Made by a program: the position numbers and the translations under genes. Under the pieces are notes generated by a model, which worked only from the letters and a program-made list of their open reading frames with translations, was not told the origin of the DNA and ran no database searches. This document shows, piece after piece, positions 11,610 to 22,859 of a stretch of 64,000 nt of DNA. The first letter of the stretch is position 1. Every line of letters begins with the position of its first letter. This DNA comes from Candidatus Eiseniibacteriota bacterium. GTDB taxonomy: Bacteria; Eisenbacteria; RBG-16-71-46; JABDJR01. The DNA lies in assembly GCA_963783375.1 (NCBI GenBank), contig CAWANH010000028.1, positions 1,056,001-1,120,000 of the forward strand, in the 5' to 3' direction.

Positions 11610-12794
11610 ATGAAGACCCGGGTGGCCGTCCTGTCCGCCAAACGCACCCCGATCGGGAGATACCTCGGCTCCTTCACCGGAACCCCCGCCGTGGATCTCG
11701 GGGTGGCCGCGGCCCGGGCCGCCCTGGCCGCCTCGGGGATCGAACCCGCCGACGTCGACGAGACCTTCTTCGGCCACGGCCGCCAGGCCGGTTGCGGCCC
11801 CAACCCGGGACGGCAGGTGAGCGTGCGGGCCGGGCTCCCCCATGAGGTTCCCGCCCTGACCGTGAACCAGGCCTGCGGATCGGCCCTCAAGTCCCTGTTC
11901 ATGGCCCGCGAGCGGATCCTTCTCGGCGAGGCCTCGGTGGTGCTGGCCGGCGGGATGGAGAACATGACCCGGGTCCCCCACATGCTTCCCGACCTCCGCC
12001 TGGGGTACAAGATGGGGGACCGGCCCCTGGTGGACGGCATGTACAAGGACGGGTTCAACTGTCCCCTGGCCGACCAGGTGATGGGGGAGACCGCGGAGAC
12101 CCTGGCCGATCAGTACCGGATTCCCCGGGAGGAGCAGGACGCCTACGCCGCCCGGAGCCAGAACCGGGCGGAGATGGCGCGCAAGGAAGGCCGGTTCCGG
12201 GGGGAAATCGCCCCGGTTACCGTGACCGGCCGGAAGGGTCCCACCGAGGTCTCGGAGGACGAGCACCCCCGCGACGGGGTGACCCCGGCCTCCCTGGCCA
12301 GGCTCCCCGCGGTGTTCCGCAAGGACGGAACCGTGACCGCGGGGAACTCCAGCGGCATCACCGACGGGGCGGCCGCGCTGGTGGTGGCCTCGGAAGCGGT
12401 GGTGCGGGAGCGGGGGCTCACCCCCCTGGCCTGGCTGGAGGATGGGGTGACCTCCGGGGTGGATCCCCGGGTCATGGGGATCGGGCCGGTTCCCGCGGTC
12501 CGGAAGCTGGAGGAGCGCACCGGCCGCTCCCTGGCCGGGTACGACCTGGTGGAACTCAACGAGGCCTTTGCCGCCCAGGTGCTCGCGGTGGACCGCGACC
12601 TGGGCTTCGACCACGACAAGCTGAACGTCAACGGCGGTGCGATCGCCCTGGGGCACCCGATCGGAGCCACCGGGGCGCGTATCGTGGTGACCCTGATTCA
12701 CGAGATGATCCGCAGGGGCGCCCGGACCGGACTCGCCACTTTGTGCGTATCCGGCGGGCTGGGTCTGGCGGCGTCCTTCACGCGGGAGGATTGA
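11610..12794 (+). CDS. Acetyl-CoA C-acyltransferase (thiolase)
   Basis: NQACGS catalytic Cys, [28 protein letters not shown]. Confidence 0.95.
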   Translation: MKTRVAVLSAKRTPIGRYLGSFTGTPAVDLGVAAARAALAASGIEPADVDETFFGHGRQAGCGPNPGRQVSVRAGLPHEVPALTVNQACGSALKSLFMARERILLGEASVVLAGGMENMTRVPHMLPDLRLGYKMGDRPLVDGMYKDGFNCPLADQVMGETAETLADQYRIPREEQDAYAARSQNRAEMARKEGRFRGEIAPVTVTGRKGPTEVSEDEHPRDGVTPASLARLPAVFRKDGTVTAGNSSGITDGAAALVVASEAVVRERGLTPLAWLEDGVTSGVDPRVMGIGPVPAVRKLEERTGRSLAGYDLVELNEAFAAQVLAVDRDLGFDHDKLNVNGGAIALGHPIGATGARIVVTLIHEMIRRGARTGLATLCVSGGLGLAASFTRED

Positions 12795-12795
12795 T

Positions 12796-13536
12796 ATGGA
12801 ACTCAAGGAGAAGGTGGCCATCGTTTCGGGGGGAAGCGGGGACCTGGGTAGCGCCATCTGCATGCGCCTGGCCAAGGCCGGGGCGAAGGTCGCCCTGACC
12901 TACCGGGCGGACCAGAAAGAGGCGACCGAGGTCGTGGACGCGATCGAGGCCATCTCCGGCACCGCGGTGGCCGAGGCGGTGGATATCACCGACTACGACA
13001 ACGTCTCCGAGTTCGTGAAGCGGATCGTGGCCAAGTGGGGCCGGCTGGACATCCTGGTGAACGCGGTGGGGGCCAAGGACCCGGCCACCCTGTTCGAGAT
13101 GACTCCCGAGCAGTTCGACCATGTACTCGACGTCAACCTCAGGGGGTACTTCAACTTCATCCGGGCGGCGTCCACGGTCTTCCGGGAGCAGAACGGCGGG
13201 AAGGTGGTGAACGTGGCTTCCCTCCAGGCCACCCAGGGCTCCTCGGCCCTGAACGACGTGGCGGCCAAGATGGGGGTGATCGGTCTCAGCCTGGCCGCGG
13301 CCCGGGAGCTGGGGCCCTACGACGTGAACGTCAACGCGGTGGCCCCGGGCATGGTGGAGACCGCCGCGCTCAAGGGCACCCCGGCGGAAGACGTCGAGAA
13401 AGCCATATCCCGCAGCGTCTTAGGGCGCCTGGCCAAGCCGGAGGAGGTGGCCGACGTGGTCATTTTCCTCTGCTCGGCCAAGGCCCGTCACATCACCGGC
13501 GAGGTCATCCGGGTGGATGGGGGCCAGCACCTCTAG
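12796..13536 (+). CDS. FabG-like short-chain dehydrogenase/reductase with atypical catalytic motif
   Basis: SGGSGDLG Rossmann motif, VNAVAPGMVET, ITGEVIRVDGG; the YxxxK position reads DVAAK. Confidence 0.85.
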   Translation: MELKEKVAIVSGGSGDLGSAICMRLAKAGAKVALTYRADQKEATEVVDAIEAISGTAVAEAVDITDYDNVSEFVKRIVAKWGRLDILVNAVGAKDPATLFEMTPEQFDHVLDVNLRGYFNFIRAASTVFREQNGGKVVNVASLQATQGSSALNDVAAKMGVIGLSLAAARELGPYDVNVNAVAPGMVETAALKGTPAEDVEKAISRSVLGRLAKPEEVADVVIFLCSAKARHITGEVIRVDGGQHL

Positions 13537-13830
13537 CCGTCCCTGAACCGCGGATCTTGGGGCGGAGGGACCGGCCGACCCCCCACATCCGGCCCCTTCG
13601 CAGGGCGCTCCCCCTAACTCCCTTGTGCGTTTTCTCTTGTCAGAGTCACGGGATATCGTGTACTCGTTTTCCGGTGCAGGCTTCCCGCGTACCCCGGAGA
13701 GTCCCTTTCCGGGTCACGGGAGAGCTAGGACAGATGCCTGATCGGGAGGGGTATCGTACCTCTCCTGTGAGGACCAGCCGCGCCGTCCCTGCGTACGATG
13801 CGGCACTTACGATCAAGGAGGGTAGCTCAT

Positions 13831-14353
13831 ATGAAGAAGATCCTCTTCTTCACGATCGCTTTGTGCTCTGGTGGCCGGACCGCCATGGCTGGCCACGACA
13901 TGACCGGCCGGCTCGGCCTCGGCTTCACTACTCCGACTTCCCGGTCGGCGTGCGCTACTGGGTCTGCCCGAAGGTCGGGGTGGACGGTCGGTATCGGGTA
14001 CAGACCCGAGAACGACGGCACGTGACCAAGACTTATGCATCGACGTCGGCGTGCCGATCGTGCTCATGGACGATGCGGACCGGGTGAACTTCCTGGTTCG
14101 CCCCGGGCTCAACTGTAGTCGACCATGGAACCGCGGCGCAGGGTACGAGCTCGGCGACGAACCTGATGACCGGCAGCCCTGGAGTTCGAGGTCAATCGTC
14201 ACCGACGACTTCACGGTGAGCGCGGCCCACGGGTTCGCGTTCATGAGCGCCAGACTCGGGCGCCCCCGGGTTCCAAGCTCGACCTCGGACTACGGCTTCT
14301 TCGGTAACAACTGGACCAACTTCGGGTTCCACTACTACCTGAAGAAGAAGTAA
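13831..14353 (+). pseudogene. Small outer-membrane beta-barrel protein, split by several frameshifts
   Basis: AAGGAGG RBS then MKKILFF; segments RLGLGFT / FPVGVRYWVCPKVG / IDVGVPIVL...VNFLVRPGL / NFGFHYYLKKK lie in different frames. Confidence 0.65.
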
Positions 14354-14388
14354 GCGACCCCAAGCCGATGGTTTACGGATCCAATGGA

Positions 14389-14425
14389 GGCCCCGCCGCG
14401 CCCGCGGCGGGGCCGGGTCCTTTTT
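14389..14425 (+). terminator. Intrinsic terminator-like hairpin after the first OMP gene
   Basis: GGCCCCGCCGCG/CGCGGCGGGGCC stem followed shortly by TTTTT. Confidence 0.5.
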
Positions 14426-14437
14426 CCCGGAATCTGT

Positions 14438-14976
14438 CGTGCTCTGCCCTGGCCATCCTCCTGCTGGCCCTGGCCGCGGTCGTCCCGGTCCGGCCGGTCG
14501 ACGGCGGGCGAAGACCCCGCGCCTACCGGGCTTCGGCCGCAACGTCTCCCGCCGCCTCGGCCTGGGGATGATCTCCCGCGAAGCCCCGATCGGGCGTGCG
14601 CTACCTCTTCGACCCCCGCCTGGGGATGGAACTGGGAGCGGGCTTCAGCCACCGGAAGGAGCAGGGAACGACGGTGATCATGGACGGCGGGCTGCTTCTG
14701 GCCCTGGCCCCCGGCGACCGGCTGAACTTCTACCTACGTCCGGGGGTCCGGTTCCGCAGCGTGGATGCGTCGGACGAAGGGGCCACCACCACGGTGTTCT
14801 TCACCGCCGCGCTCGCCGTCGAGGTGTTCGTGACCCGGGATTTCTCGATCACCGCCGATCAGAGCCTGGAGATGGGTTTCGTGAGCCCCCCCAGCGGTCC
14901 GGATCACACCGACTTCCAGACCCAGGGCGTCCCCTGGACCCGGCTCGGGTTCTTCTACTACCTGGGCGCTCCCTGA
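14438..14976 (+). pseudogene. Second outer-membrane beta-barrel paralog, frameshifted (start approximate)
   Basis: Signal-like ALAILLLALAAVVP; RLGLGMISREAPIG then +1 shift to VRYLFDPRLG...LNFYLRPGV...RLGFFYYLGAP, colinear with the upstream paralog. Confidence 0.65.
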
Positions 14977-14996
14977 CCCGTCGGGTGATCCCCCCC

Positions 14997-15692
14997 TCAA
15001 TCCCCCCGCTTCACCGTATTCGGAGGTTCCATTCGACCCAGGGTGCGGAGGTTGTGCGCCACCCGGCGGGCCAGGAGCCCGGTCATCCCCAGGGCTGCCG
15101 CGATCCCCACGATGTCGAACACGGTCATCCCGATCCCGAAGAGATCGAAGGGGAGCCCCCGGGCGTAGAGGACGGTGAGGTTCAGGGCGATGAGGAGGAT
15201 CCGAACCTCGGTGGGTCCCACCCCCCCGTAGCCGTAGCGGAACTCGCCGAAGATATAGGTTTCGAGGTAGACGTTGATGGAGAGCACCAGGTAGGCGGTC
15301 ACGATGGCCAGCGAGGTGCCGAGGAGCATGAAGGGCGAGAGCCCCATCCCGAGCCCGATCGCGAAGGTGGAGTAGGCGTCGGAGATGTGGTCCAGGTAGA
15401 AGCCGTACCGGGGACGCTCGATGTGGCGCACCCGGGCCAAGGTTCCGTCCAGGCTGTCCGCGAACCAGTGGATCACGATGGCCGCGTTGGCCACCCAGAG
15501 CCAGCTCGGGCTTCGGTTGGAGAGAATGTAGGCGACGCCGATCACCGAGGCCGCGACCAGCCCGAGCACGGTGAGATGATCCGGAAGCACCGGGGCGGGA
15601 AGACGGGCGGCCAGCCGGGGGAGAGCCCACTTCTCGAACCGGGTCAACACGAACTGCGCGGTGCGACGGTGTTTGACGTCTTCATCGGCCAT
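14997..15692 (-). CDS. CDP-alcohol phosphatidyltransferase family protein
   Basis: Signature DSLDGTLAR-x8-GFYLDHISD; multiple TM helices. Confidence 0.9.
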   Translation of the reverse strand: MADEDVKHRRTAQFVLTRFEKWALPRLAARLPAPVLPDHLTVLGLVAASVIGVAYILSNRSPSWLWVANAAIVIHWFADSLDGTLARVRHIERPRYGFYLDHISDAYSTFAIGLGMGLSPFMLLGTSLAIVTAYLVLSINVYLETYIFGEFRYGYGGVGPTEVRILLIALNLTVLYARGLPFDLFGIGMTVFDIVGIAAALGMTGLLARRVAHNLRTLGRMEPPNTVKRGD

Positions 15693-15759
15693 TCTGGCCG
15701 GATAAGACCGGATCCCGCCGGGAAATGCAACCCGCAATCGGGGCGGAGGCGTCCCGCCT

Positions 15760-16386
15760 TCACCGCAGGCTGAACACGAACGGGATCAGCACCCGGGTCC
15801 TGACCGGCCGATGGCGCTGGAGGCCCGGGGTGAAGAGCCATTGTCTCGCCGCGTCCAGCGCCGCCCGCTCCAGGGCGGGGATGGTGTCGGAGCTCTTGAT
15901 CCGCGCGGCCAGGACCCGGCCGGTCGTGCCGACCACCACCTCGACGGTGACCGTTCCCTCGGCCCGGGCCTCGCGGGCGATGTCCGGGTAGCCCGGCTGG
16001 ACCCGCTTCAGGATGGCCGGCTCCCGGTCCAGGGCCTCGAACACCTGATTGTCGCCCGGGGGGGGCGCGGCCACCGGGTTGGAGAAGATGTCCGGGTTGA
16101 AGATGGGGATGGTGTCGCGGGGGTCGGCGCTATCGGTGACGTCGATCTCGGAGGGGAGGAGGGGACGCTTCACATCCTCCGGTGGCTCCTGGATCTTGAT
16201 CGGGTCGGGGACCTCAATCAGCTTGAACGGCTCGTTCTCCGGAAGCCGGTAGGGGGTGATCCGCATCGCCGGCACGGCCAGGAAGAGAGCCACGTGCAGG
16301 ACGACGCCGACGGCGAGGGTGGTCTCGAGGGTCCGGGGGTAGCGGGACTTGAAGGCGAACTGGGCGGTCAGGGCGCGATCGGTCAT
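15760..16386 (-). CDS. tonB: Energy transducer TonB family protein
   Basis: N-terminal TM with His (GVVLHVALF), Pro-rich linker, TonB_C YPDIAREARAEGTVTV...AARQWLFTPG...IPFVFSL. Confidence 0.88.
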   Translation of the reverse strand: MTDRALTAQFAFKSRYPRTLETTLAVGVVLHVALFLAVPAMRITPYRLPENEPFKLIEVPDPIKIQEPPEDVKRPLLPSEIDVTDSADPRDTIPIFNPDIFSNPVAAPPPGDNQVFEALDREPAILKRVQPGYPDIAREARAEGTVTVEVVVGTTGRVLAARIKSSDTIPALERAALDAARQWLFTPGLQRHRPVRTRVLIPFVFSLR

Positions 16387-16449
16387 GGCAACGGTCCTCC
16401 CCACTGGGTGGTCGGTCGCTCACAACCCCGGCGCCGCAGAATGAGCCTC

Positions 16450-16482
16450 AAAAATTTGGGGCACCCGGCTTTCGGGTGCCCC
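16450..16482 (-). terminator. Intrinsic terminator upstream of tonB
   Basis: Perfect 10-bp stem GGGGCACCCG/CGGGTGCCCC (16458-16482), followed on the minus strand by AAAUUUUU. Confidence 0.65.
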
Positions 16483-16896
16483 TACGGCGACACAAGAGCG
16501 GGCTTGTATACTCTTGCGACGCGCGATCCCCCCCTCAGGGATCAGGATGGTTCCCTGCGTCCGCATGTTCGTCCGAGAACGAACCAGACCTTGATGGGAG
16601 GCATCCCCAGGCCGAGCGGGCGCTTGCTTTGCAATACCCTACGGACGCTTCGTGGTCGCAGGGAACCAGTCGTTGTGGCCGTTGAACCCGCCCCGGGGCG
16701 GGGCCTCGACCTGAATTCCGGTTGCCGTGATGCCGATCCACCCCCGCCTCGGGTTGAGGGCCGCGTGGGTGGCTCGCCGGTGGCTGCCTCTTCACCGAAC
16801 GAGCCACCCTGCCGGGGTTGGAGAGTAGCATTCGCGGCTTTTTGGTGCTTCGAAGCTGCATCCCTCTTCCGAGAGAGTCTCGCTGCTTCGATCACC
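16450..16896 (-). ncRNA. Candidate structured non-coding RNA or long leader (~440 nt), family not recognised
   Basis: Succession of stems between a sigma54 motif and a terminator; several stem mismatches become G-U pairs only on the minus strand; no credible ORF. Confidence 0.6.
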
Positions 16897-16902
16897 TGTA
16901 TA

Positions 16903-16919
16903 CGCAATCCGTGTGCCAG
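16903..16919 (-). promoter_or_regulatory. Sigma54 (-24/-12) promoter
   Basis: Minus strand CTGGCAC-ACGGA-TTGCG with exact GG-N10-GC spacing; AT-rich tract upstream at ~16948-16972. Confidence 0.75.
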
Positions 16920-17204
16920 ACGATCGCACCGGCGGTGATCGTCTTCCATGTTATTGGAGTATAATAGCTTAGACCCTGAGGGGCCGGGCCGGTCCCGGTG
17001 GACCGGACGGCGAGGCGGCGACGGCCGATGGGTACCAAAAACCCATGCTCGAAAGTCGATGTCCGGTAACCCGCCATTCCGCAAGCAATTCCCGGTGGAT
17101 ACCTCCTACCCGGAGAATCGACCCGAAGAACCGGTCCTTTCCAGATTGGAAAGCCGTTGGTCTTGGCCACGTTAACCGCAGTAGGATCAACCCGAGGTTC
17201 TTTG

Positions 17205-17876
17205 ATGGTGGACTGGAACGAACTCTTCGACGATCCGCAGAACGTTCTGGACGTACCCGAGGCCCTGGCCGTCGAGTTGGCCGAGACGCTCTCCCCCCGG
17301 GCGCGCGTGCTCGATCTGGGCTGCGGCGCGGGGCGTCATCTGGCGCTCCTGGCCTCGCGGGAGCTCAAGACCGTCGGCATCGACACCGCTCCCAACGGCC
17401 TGGCCCGGAGCCGGGAGCGTCTGGACGCCCGCGGCCTCGCCGCCCACCTGGTGCGGGGGGACTTTCGCCGACCGCTCCCCTTTCGGGACGGCCTCTTCGA
17501 CGCCGTGCTCACGGTGAAGACCGTGAACCACGGCATGCCCGACGAGGCGGCCCGGGCCTTTCACGAAGCGGAACGGGTCCTCAGGCCGGGAGGGCGGCTG
17601 GTGGGGATCGTGATCTCGGCCTCGGATGCCCGCTTCGGGGACGGGGAGGAGGTGGCGGAGCGGACCTTCGTGCACCATAGCCCGCCCGAAGCCGGGGTGC
17701 CTCACCACTACTTCACCGAGGCCGAGCTGCGGGAGCTCATGGCCGGGTTCTCCTTCGTGGACCTCTCCTTGACCGAGCGCTACGTGAGCCCGGCCGAACC
17801 GATCTTCGGGCGGTACCGGTTCCGGCCGGGGGTGGCGCCCTGGCTCCGGCACTGGCAGATCCGGGCGGTGCTTTGA
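17205..17876 (+). CDS. Class I SAM-dependent methyltransferase
   Basis: VLDLGCGAGRH, LPFRDGLFDAV, RVLRPGGRL. Confidence 0.9.
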   Translation: MVDWNELFDDPQNVLDVPEALAVELAETLSPRARVLDLGCGAGRHLALLASRELKTVGIDTAPNGLARSRERLDARGLAAHLVRGDFRRPLPFRDGLFDAVLTVKTVNHGMPDEAARAFHEAERVLRPGGRLVGIVISASDARFGDGEEVAERTFVHHSPPEAGVPHHYFTEAELRELMAGFSFVDLSLTERYVSPAEPIFGRYRFRPGVAPWLRHWQIRAVL

Positions 17877-17979
17877 GGATCCGCCGGAGTCTCTCCGGCG
17901 GCCCGGGCCCGAAATGGATGACCCCGGCTCAATCGGTGGGAGGGCAAAGGGGGAGCAAACCGTCCCGCTCCAGTACGGA

Positions 17980-18020
17980 TGTTTCAAATTGACACGCACA
18001 TACTGTTTCACACTGAAACA
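17980..18020. promoter_or_regulatory. Tandem palindromic upstream activator-like sites
   Basis: TGTTTCA-AAT-TGACACG (17980-17996) and perfect TGTTTCA-CAC-TGAAACA (18004-18020), ~105-145 nt upstream of a sigma54 motif. Confidence 0.65.
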
Positions 18021-18124
18021 TGTCCTTGATTCGTGAGCTGTTTCGATGTGGATCGGGCGGGCTTGGGTCATGTATGCTATTGTGTAATAACACTTTAAAT
18101 GCATCGTGGGTTGCCTGGAGCATG

Positions 18125-18141
18125 TTGGCACGTTGCCTGCT
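18125..18141 (+). promoter_or_regulatory. Sigma54 promoter of the hsp20-dnaK operon
   Basis: TTGGCACG-TTGC-CTGCT with GG-N10-GC spacing; AT-rich stretch at ~18070-18100. Confidence 0.75.
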
Positions 18142-18260
18142 TATTATGTTTTCGCAAGGGAACGGAGACGGTTGGACGGACCGGCCTTCCGAACCCAGGA
18201 TTTGAACACGATCATCGCCGGGCCGGTACCCGGGCCCGCAAGACCACGGAGGACAAGAAG

Positions 18261-18698
18261 ATGGCACTTGTACGCTGGAGACCCATGAACGACCTTATGA
18301 GCATTCAGGACGAGATCAACCGGGCTTTCGACGAGGCTTGGCGCGGGCGGTCCCATCCGGCGGCGGCCGGAATGTGGTGGCCCGCGGTGGATCTCACCGA
18401 GAACAAGAACGAGTTCAAGGTGGTGGCCGAGCTTCCGGGGATGAAGCGGGAGGACGTGAAGATCGCCTTGACCGAGAACGTCCTCACCGTCCGCGGAGAG
18501 AAGCGGGCCAGGAAGGAAGAGGAGAACGAGAGCTGGCACCAGGTCGAGCGGAGCTACGGCTCCTTCGAACGGAGCTTCCAGCTCACCTGCCCGGTCGAGC
18601 CGGGCAAGGTGAAGGCCCGGTTCGAGGACGGCGTCCTGACCGTGACCTTGCCCAAGTCCGAGGCGTCGAAGCCTCGGGAGATCGACATCGAGAGCTGA
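18261..18698 (+). CDS. Small heat-shock protein Hsp20/alpha-crystallin family
   Basis: WPAVDLTE...AELPG...ERSYGSFERSFQL...ARFEDGVLTVTLPK; GGAGG RBS. Confidence 0.96.
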   Translation: MALVRWRPMNDLMSIQDEINRAFDEAWRGRSHPAAAGMWWPAVDLTENKNEFKVVAELPGMKREDVKIALTENVLTVRGEKRARKEEENESWHQVERSYGSFERSFQLTCPVEPGKVKARFEDGVLTVTLPKSEASKPREIDIES

Positions 18699-18815
18699 GT
18701 CGAGTGAATGAGGAGGGGGTCCGGAGAGACCCCCTCCCCGACACCGCCGCGGGCCGCATCCGGCATCGGCCGGAAGCGCGCCCGCCGTGCGTTACCAAAG
18801 GCAAAGGTGATTTGA

Positions 18816-20733
<1,918 letters not shown>

Positions 20734-20957
20734 TCCGCCCGATCCGGGCTCCGGAGCGCGACCGCTCCGGCCCCGGCGCGGGCCTTCGCAGTCGGGGAGA
20801 GAGCCCCGGCCCGGAAAACGACCGGGCCCCCGGCCCTCTCCCCGAGCCATGTCGCGTCCGGACCGGGCTATGATGGAAGTGCGCCGGCGGTCGGGACGGG
20901 GGTGGCCCCGCGCCCCCGGCCGGCCTGGGATCGCGGACGTTTGAAGGAAGGTGGCGT

Positions 20958-21392
20958 ATGAGCGACGAGGTTCAAACCGGCAGCCTGATTCCCTACCTGG
21001 TCGAGATGTTCCGGTATCAGGCCTGGGTGTCCATGGGCAAGGTCGCCAGCCCGGCTACCGGCAAGGTGGAGCGGGAGATGCCGGTGGCCCGGGCCATGAT
21101 CGACATGCTGAGCGAGCTGGAGACCCGGACCGAGGGCCACCGGAGTCCGGATGAGACCCGGATGCTCCAGGGGGCCCTGACCGATCTGCGACTCAATTAC
21201 CTGGACGAGATGAAGAAGTCATCCGCTCGAGAAGCGACCGCGGAGCCGGCCGAAGGCGCGGAATCGGCGAAGGCCGGCGCCGAGCCATCGAGGGCGGCGG
21301 ACACCGCCGCCGGGAACGCGGACGATGCGATGGAGGCCGGCGCGGAGACGCCGGCGCCGGAAAAGGATTCGGAAACGACGGAGAAATCATGA
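20958..21392 (+). CDS. DUF1844-family protein
   Basis: QAWVSMGKVASPATGK...ARAMIDMLSELETRTEGH...LQGALTDLRLNY pattern plus low-complexity tail. Confidence 0.8.
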   Translation: MSDEVQTGSLIPYLVEMFRYQAWVSMGKVASPATGKVEREMPVARAMIDMLSELETRTEGHRSPDETRMLQGALTDLRLNYLDEMKKSSAREATAEPAEGAESAKAGAEPSRAADTAAGNADDAMEAGAETPAPEKDSETTEKS

Positions 21393-22015
21393 CACGGAGA
21401 CCGGATCGATACGACATCCCCATCGAGGACGGCGCCAATGACGCCCGGGGCGAGGGGATGGGGCCCGACGCCCGCGAGGCGGGGCTGGGCGGAACCCGGG
21501 GTGGGTCCGAGAGCGCGTCCCGCTCCCTGGAGGCCGAAGGGCCCGCCATGGAGGAGGACGTCTCCGCCCAGGTCGGCGGCGAGCGCGACGTGACCGAGGC
21601 CATCGATCATCTGCGCCGGCTCCAGGCCGAGTTCGTGAACTTCCGAAAGCGGATGGAACGGGAGCGGATGGAGACCGCGGCCTGGGCCCAGGGCCGGCTT
21701 ACGGAGCAGCTTCTCCCGGTCCTCGACGACTTCGATCGGGCGGTGGCTTCCCTGGCCCGGGAAGAGGATCCGCACCTTCAGGGATTCGCGATGATTCGCG
21801 AGAAGCTCTTCCGCGTCCTCACGGAGGCCGGTCTGGAGCGGATCGAATCGGAAGGAGAGGAGTTCGCGCCCGACCGCCACGAGGCCATCATGGCCCTGGA
21901 GGTCGACCCGGAGCGCGTGGGACGGGTGCTGAACGAGATCGAACCCGGCTATCTCTTCAAGGGAAAGCTCCTGCGACCGGCCCGGGTGCAGGTGGGAATC
22001 GCCGCCGAGGATTGA
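21389..22015 (+). CDS. grpE: Nucleotide exchange factor GrpE
   Basis: [48 protein letters not shown]. Confidence 0.95.
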   Translation: MTRRPDRYDIPIEDGANDARGEGMGPDAREAGLGGTRGGSESASRSLEAEGPAMEEDVSAQVGGERDVTEAIDHLRRLQAEFVNFRKRMERERMETAAWAQGRLTEQLLPVLDDFDRAVASLAREEDPHLQGFAMIREKLFRVLTEAGLERIESEGEEFAPDRHEAIMALEVDPERVGRVLNEIEPGYLFKGKLLRPARVQVGIAAED

Positions 22016-22115
22016 CCCGGCGCCGCGGCCGGTCCGTCCGGGGAGTATGCTGATCGAGGCGGCCTCCCGGGAGCGGGGCGATGGGGTCCCGCCGGATCGG
22101 GTAAGCAAAGGCAAC

Positions 22116-22859
22116 ATGCAAGCGAAGGACTACTACAAGATTCTCGGGGTGCCGGAGACGGCCTCCGCGGACGAGATCAAGAAGGCCTACCGGAAGATCG
22201 CCCGGGCGAGCCATCCGGACCGGAATCCCGGGAACAAGGAGGCCGAAGACCGCTTCAAGGAGGCGAGCGAGGCCTACGAGATCCTGAGCAGCCCCGAGAA
22301 ACGGGAGAAGTTCGACGCCCTCCGCAAGTACGGCTTCGGCGAGGCCGGCTTCGGGGGCCAGGGGTCCCCGGGCCAGGGTTTCCCCGGTTTCGATCCGCGG
22401 TCCGGCGGCTTCCGCGTGCACATGCGGGGCGGAAATCCGGAGAACATCGACTTCGCAGACATCTTCAGCGACGACTCCCCCTTCGCCTCCCTCTTCGAGC
22501 AGATCTTCCAGCAGGCGGGCCAACCCCACCCCGGCGCCCGACCCCGCGCGCGGAGGGCCCGGCCTCGAAATCCTTCCGCCCGGCGGGGAGCCGCCAACGG
22601 AGGTCCCACCGCGGAGACGATTGCCGGGGATGATTTCTTCCGTCGCGAGGGACTCGACGTCCACTCGACGATCTGGCTCAAGCTGGACCAGTTGGAGAAG
22701 GGGGCCCGGGTCAAGGTGCGGACGCCCTCGGGGAAGAAGGCCCTGGTGCGGATCCCCTCCGGTACTCGAATCGGCGCCATGCTCCGTCTCCCCGGCATGG
22801 GTCTCGTGGCCGACGGTCGCAGAGGCGACCAATACGTCCACGTGGAGGCGGTGGATTGA
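22116..22859 (+). CDS. DnaJ-class co-chaperone without zinc finger (class B/CbpA-like, shortened C-domain)
   Basis: DYYKILGV...HPD J-domain, G/F-rich region with DIF, partial DnaJ_C ending GDQYVHV; no CxxCxGxG repeats. Confidence 0.92.
   Translation: MQAKDYYKILGVPETASADEIKKAYRKIARASHPDRNPGNKEAEDRFKEASEAYEILSSPEKREKFDALRKYGFGEAGFGGQGSPGQGFPGFDPRSGGFRVHMRGGNPENIDFADIFSDDSPFASLFEQIFQQAGQPHPGARPRARRARPRNPSARRGAANGGPTAETIAGDDFFRREGLDVHSTIWLKLDQLEKGARVKVRTPSGKKALVRIPSGTRIGAMLRLPGMGLVADGRRGDQYVHVEAVD

Noticed and set aside
16450-16896. Identity as RNase P RNA, tmRNA, SRP RNA or cobalamin riboswitch
   Set aside because: I could not find their hallmarks (GAGGAAAGTCC, tRNA-like ends with CCA, SRP GGAA/AGCAG loop, B12 box). 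This was by eye only; an Rfam scan is still needed.
17880-18260. CIRCE/HrcA operator for the heat-shock operon
   Set aside because: No TTAGCACTC-N9-GAGTGCTAA match was seen.
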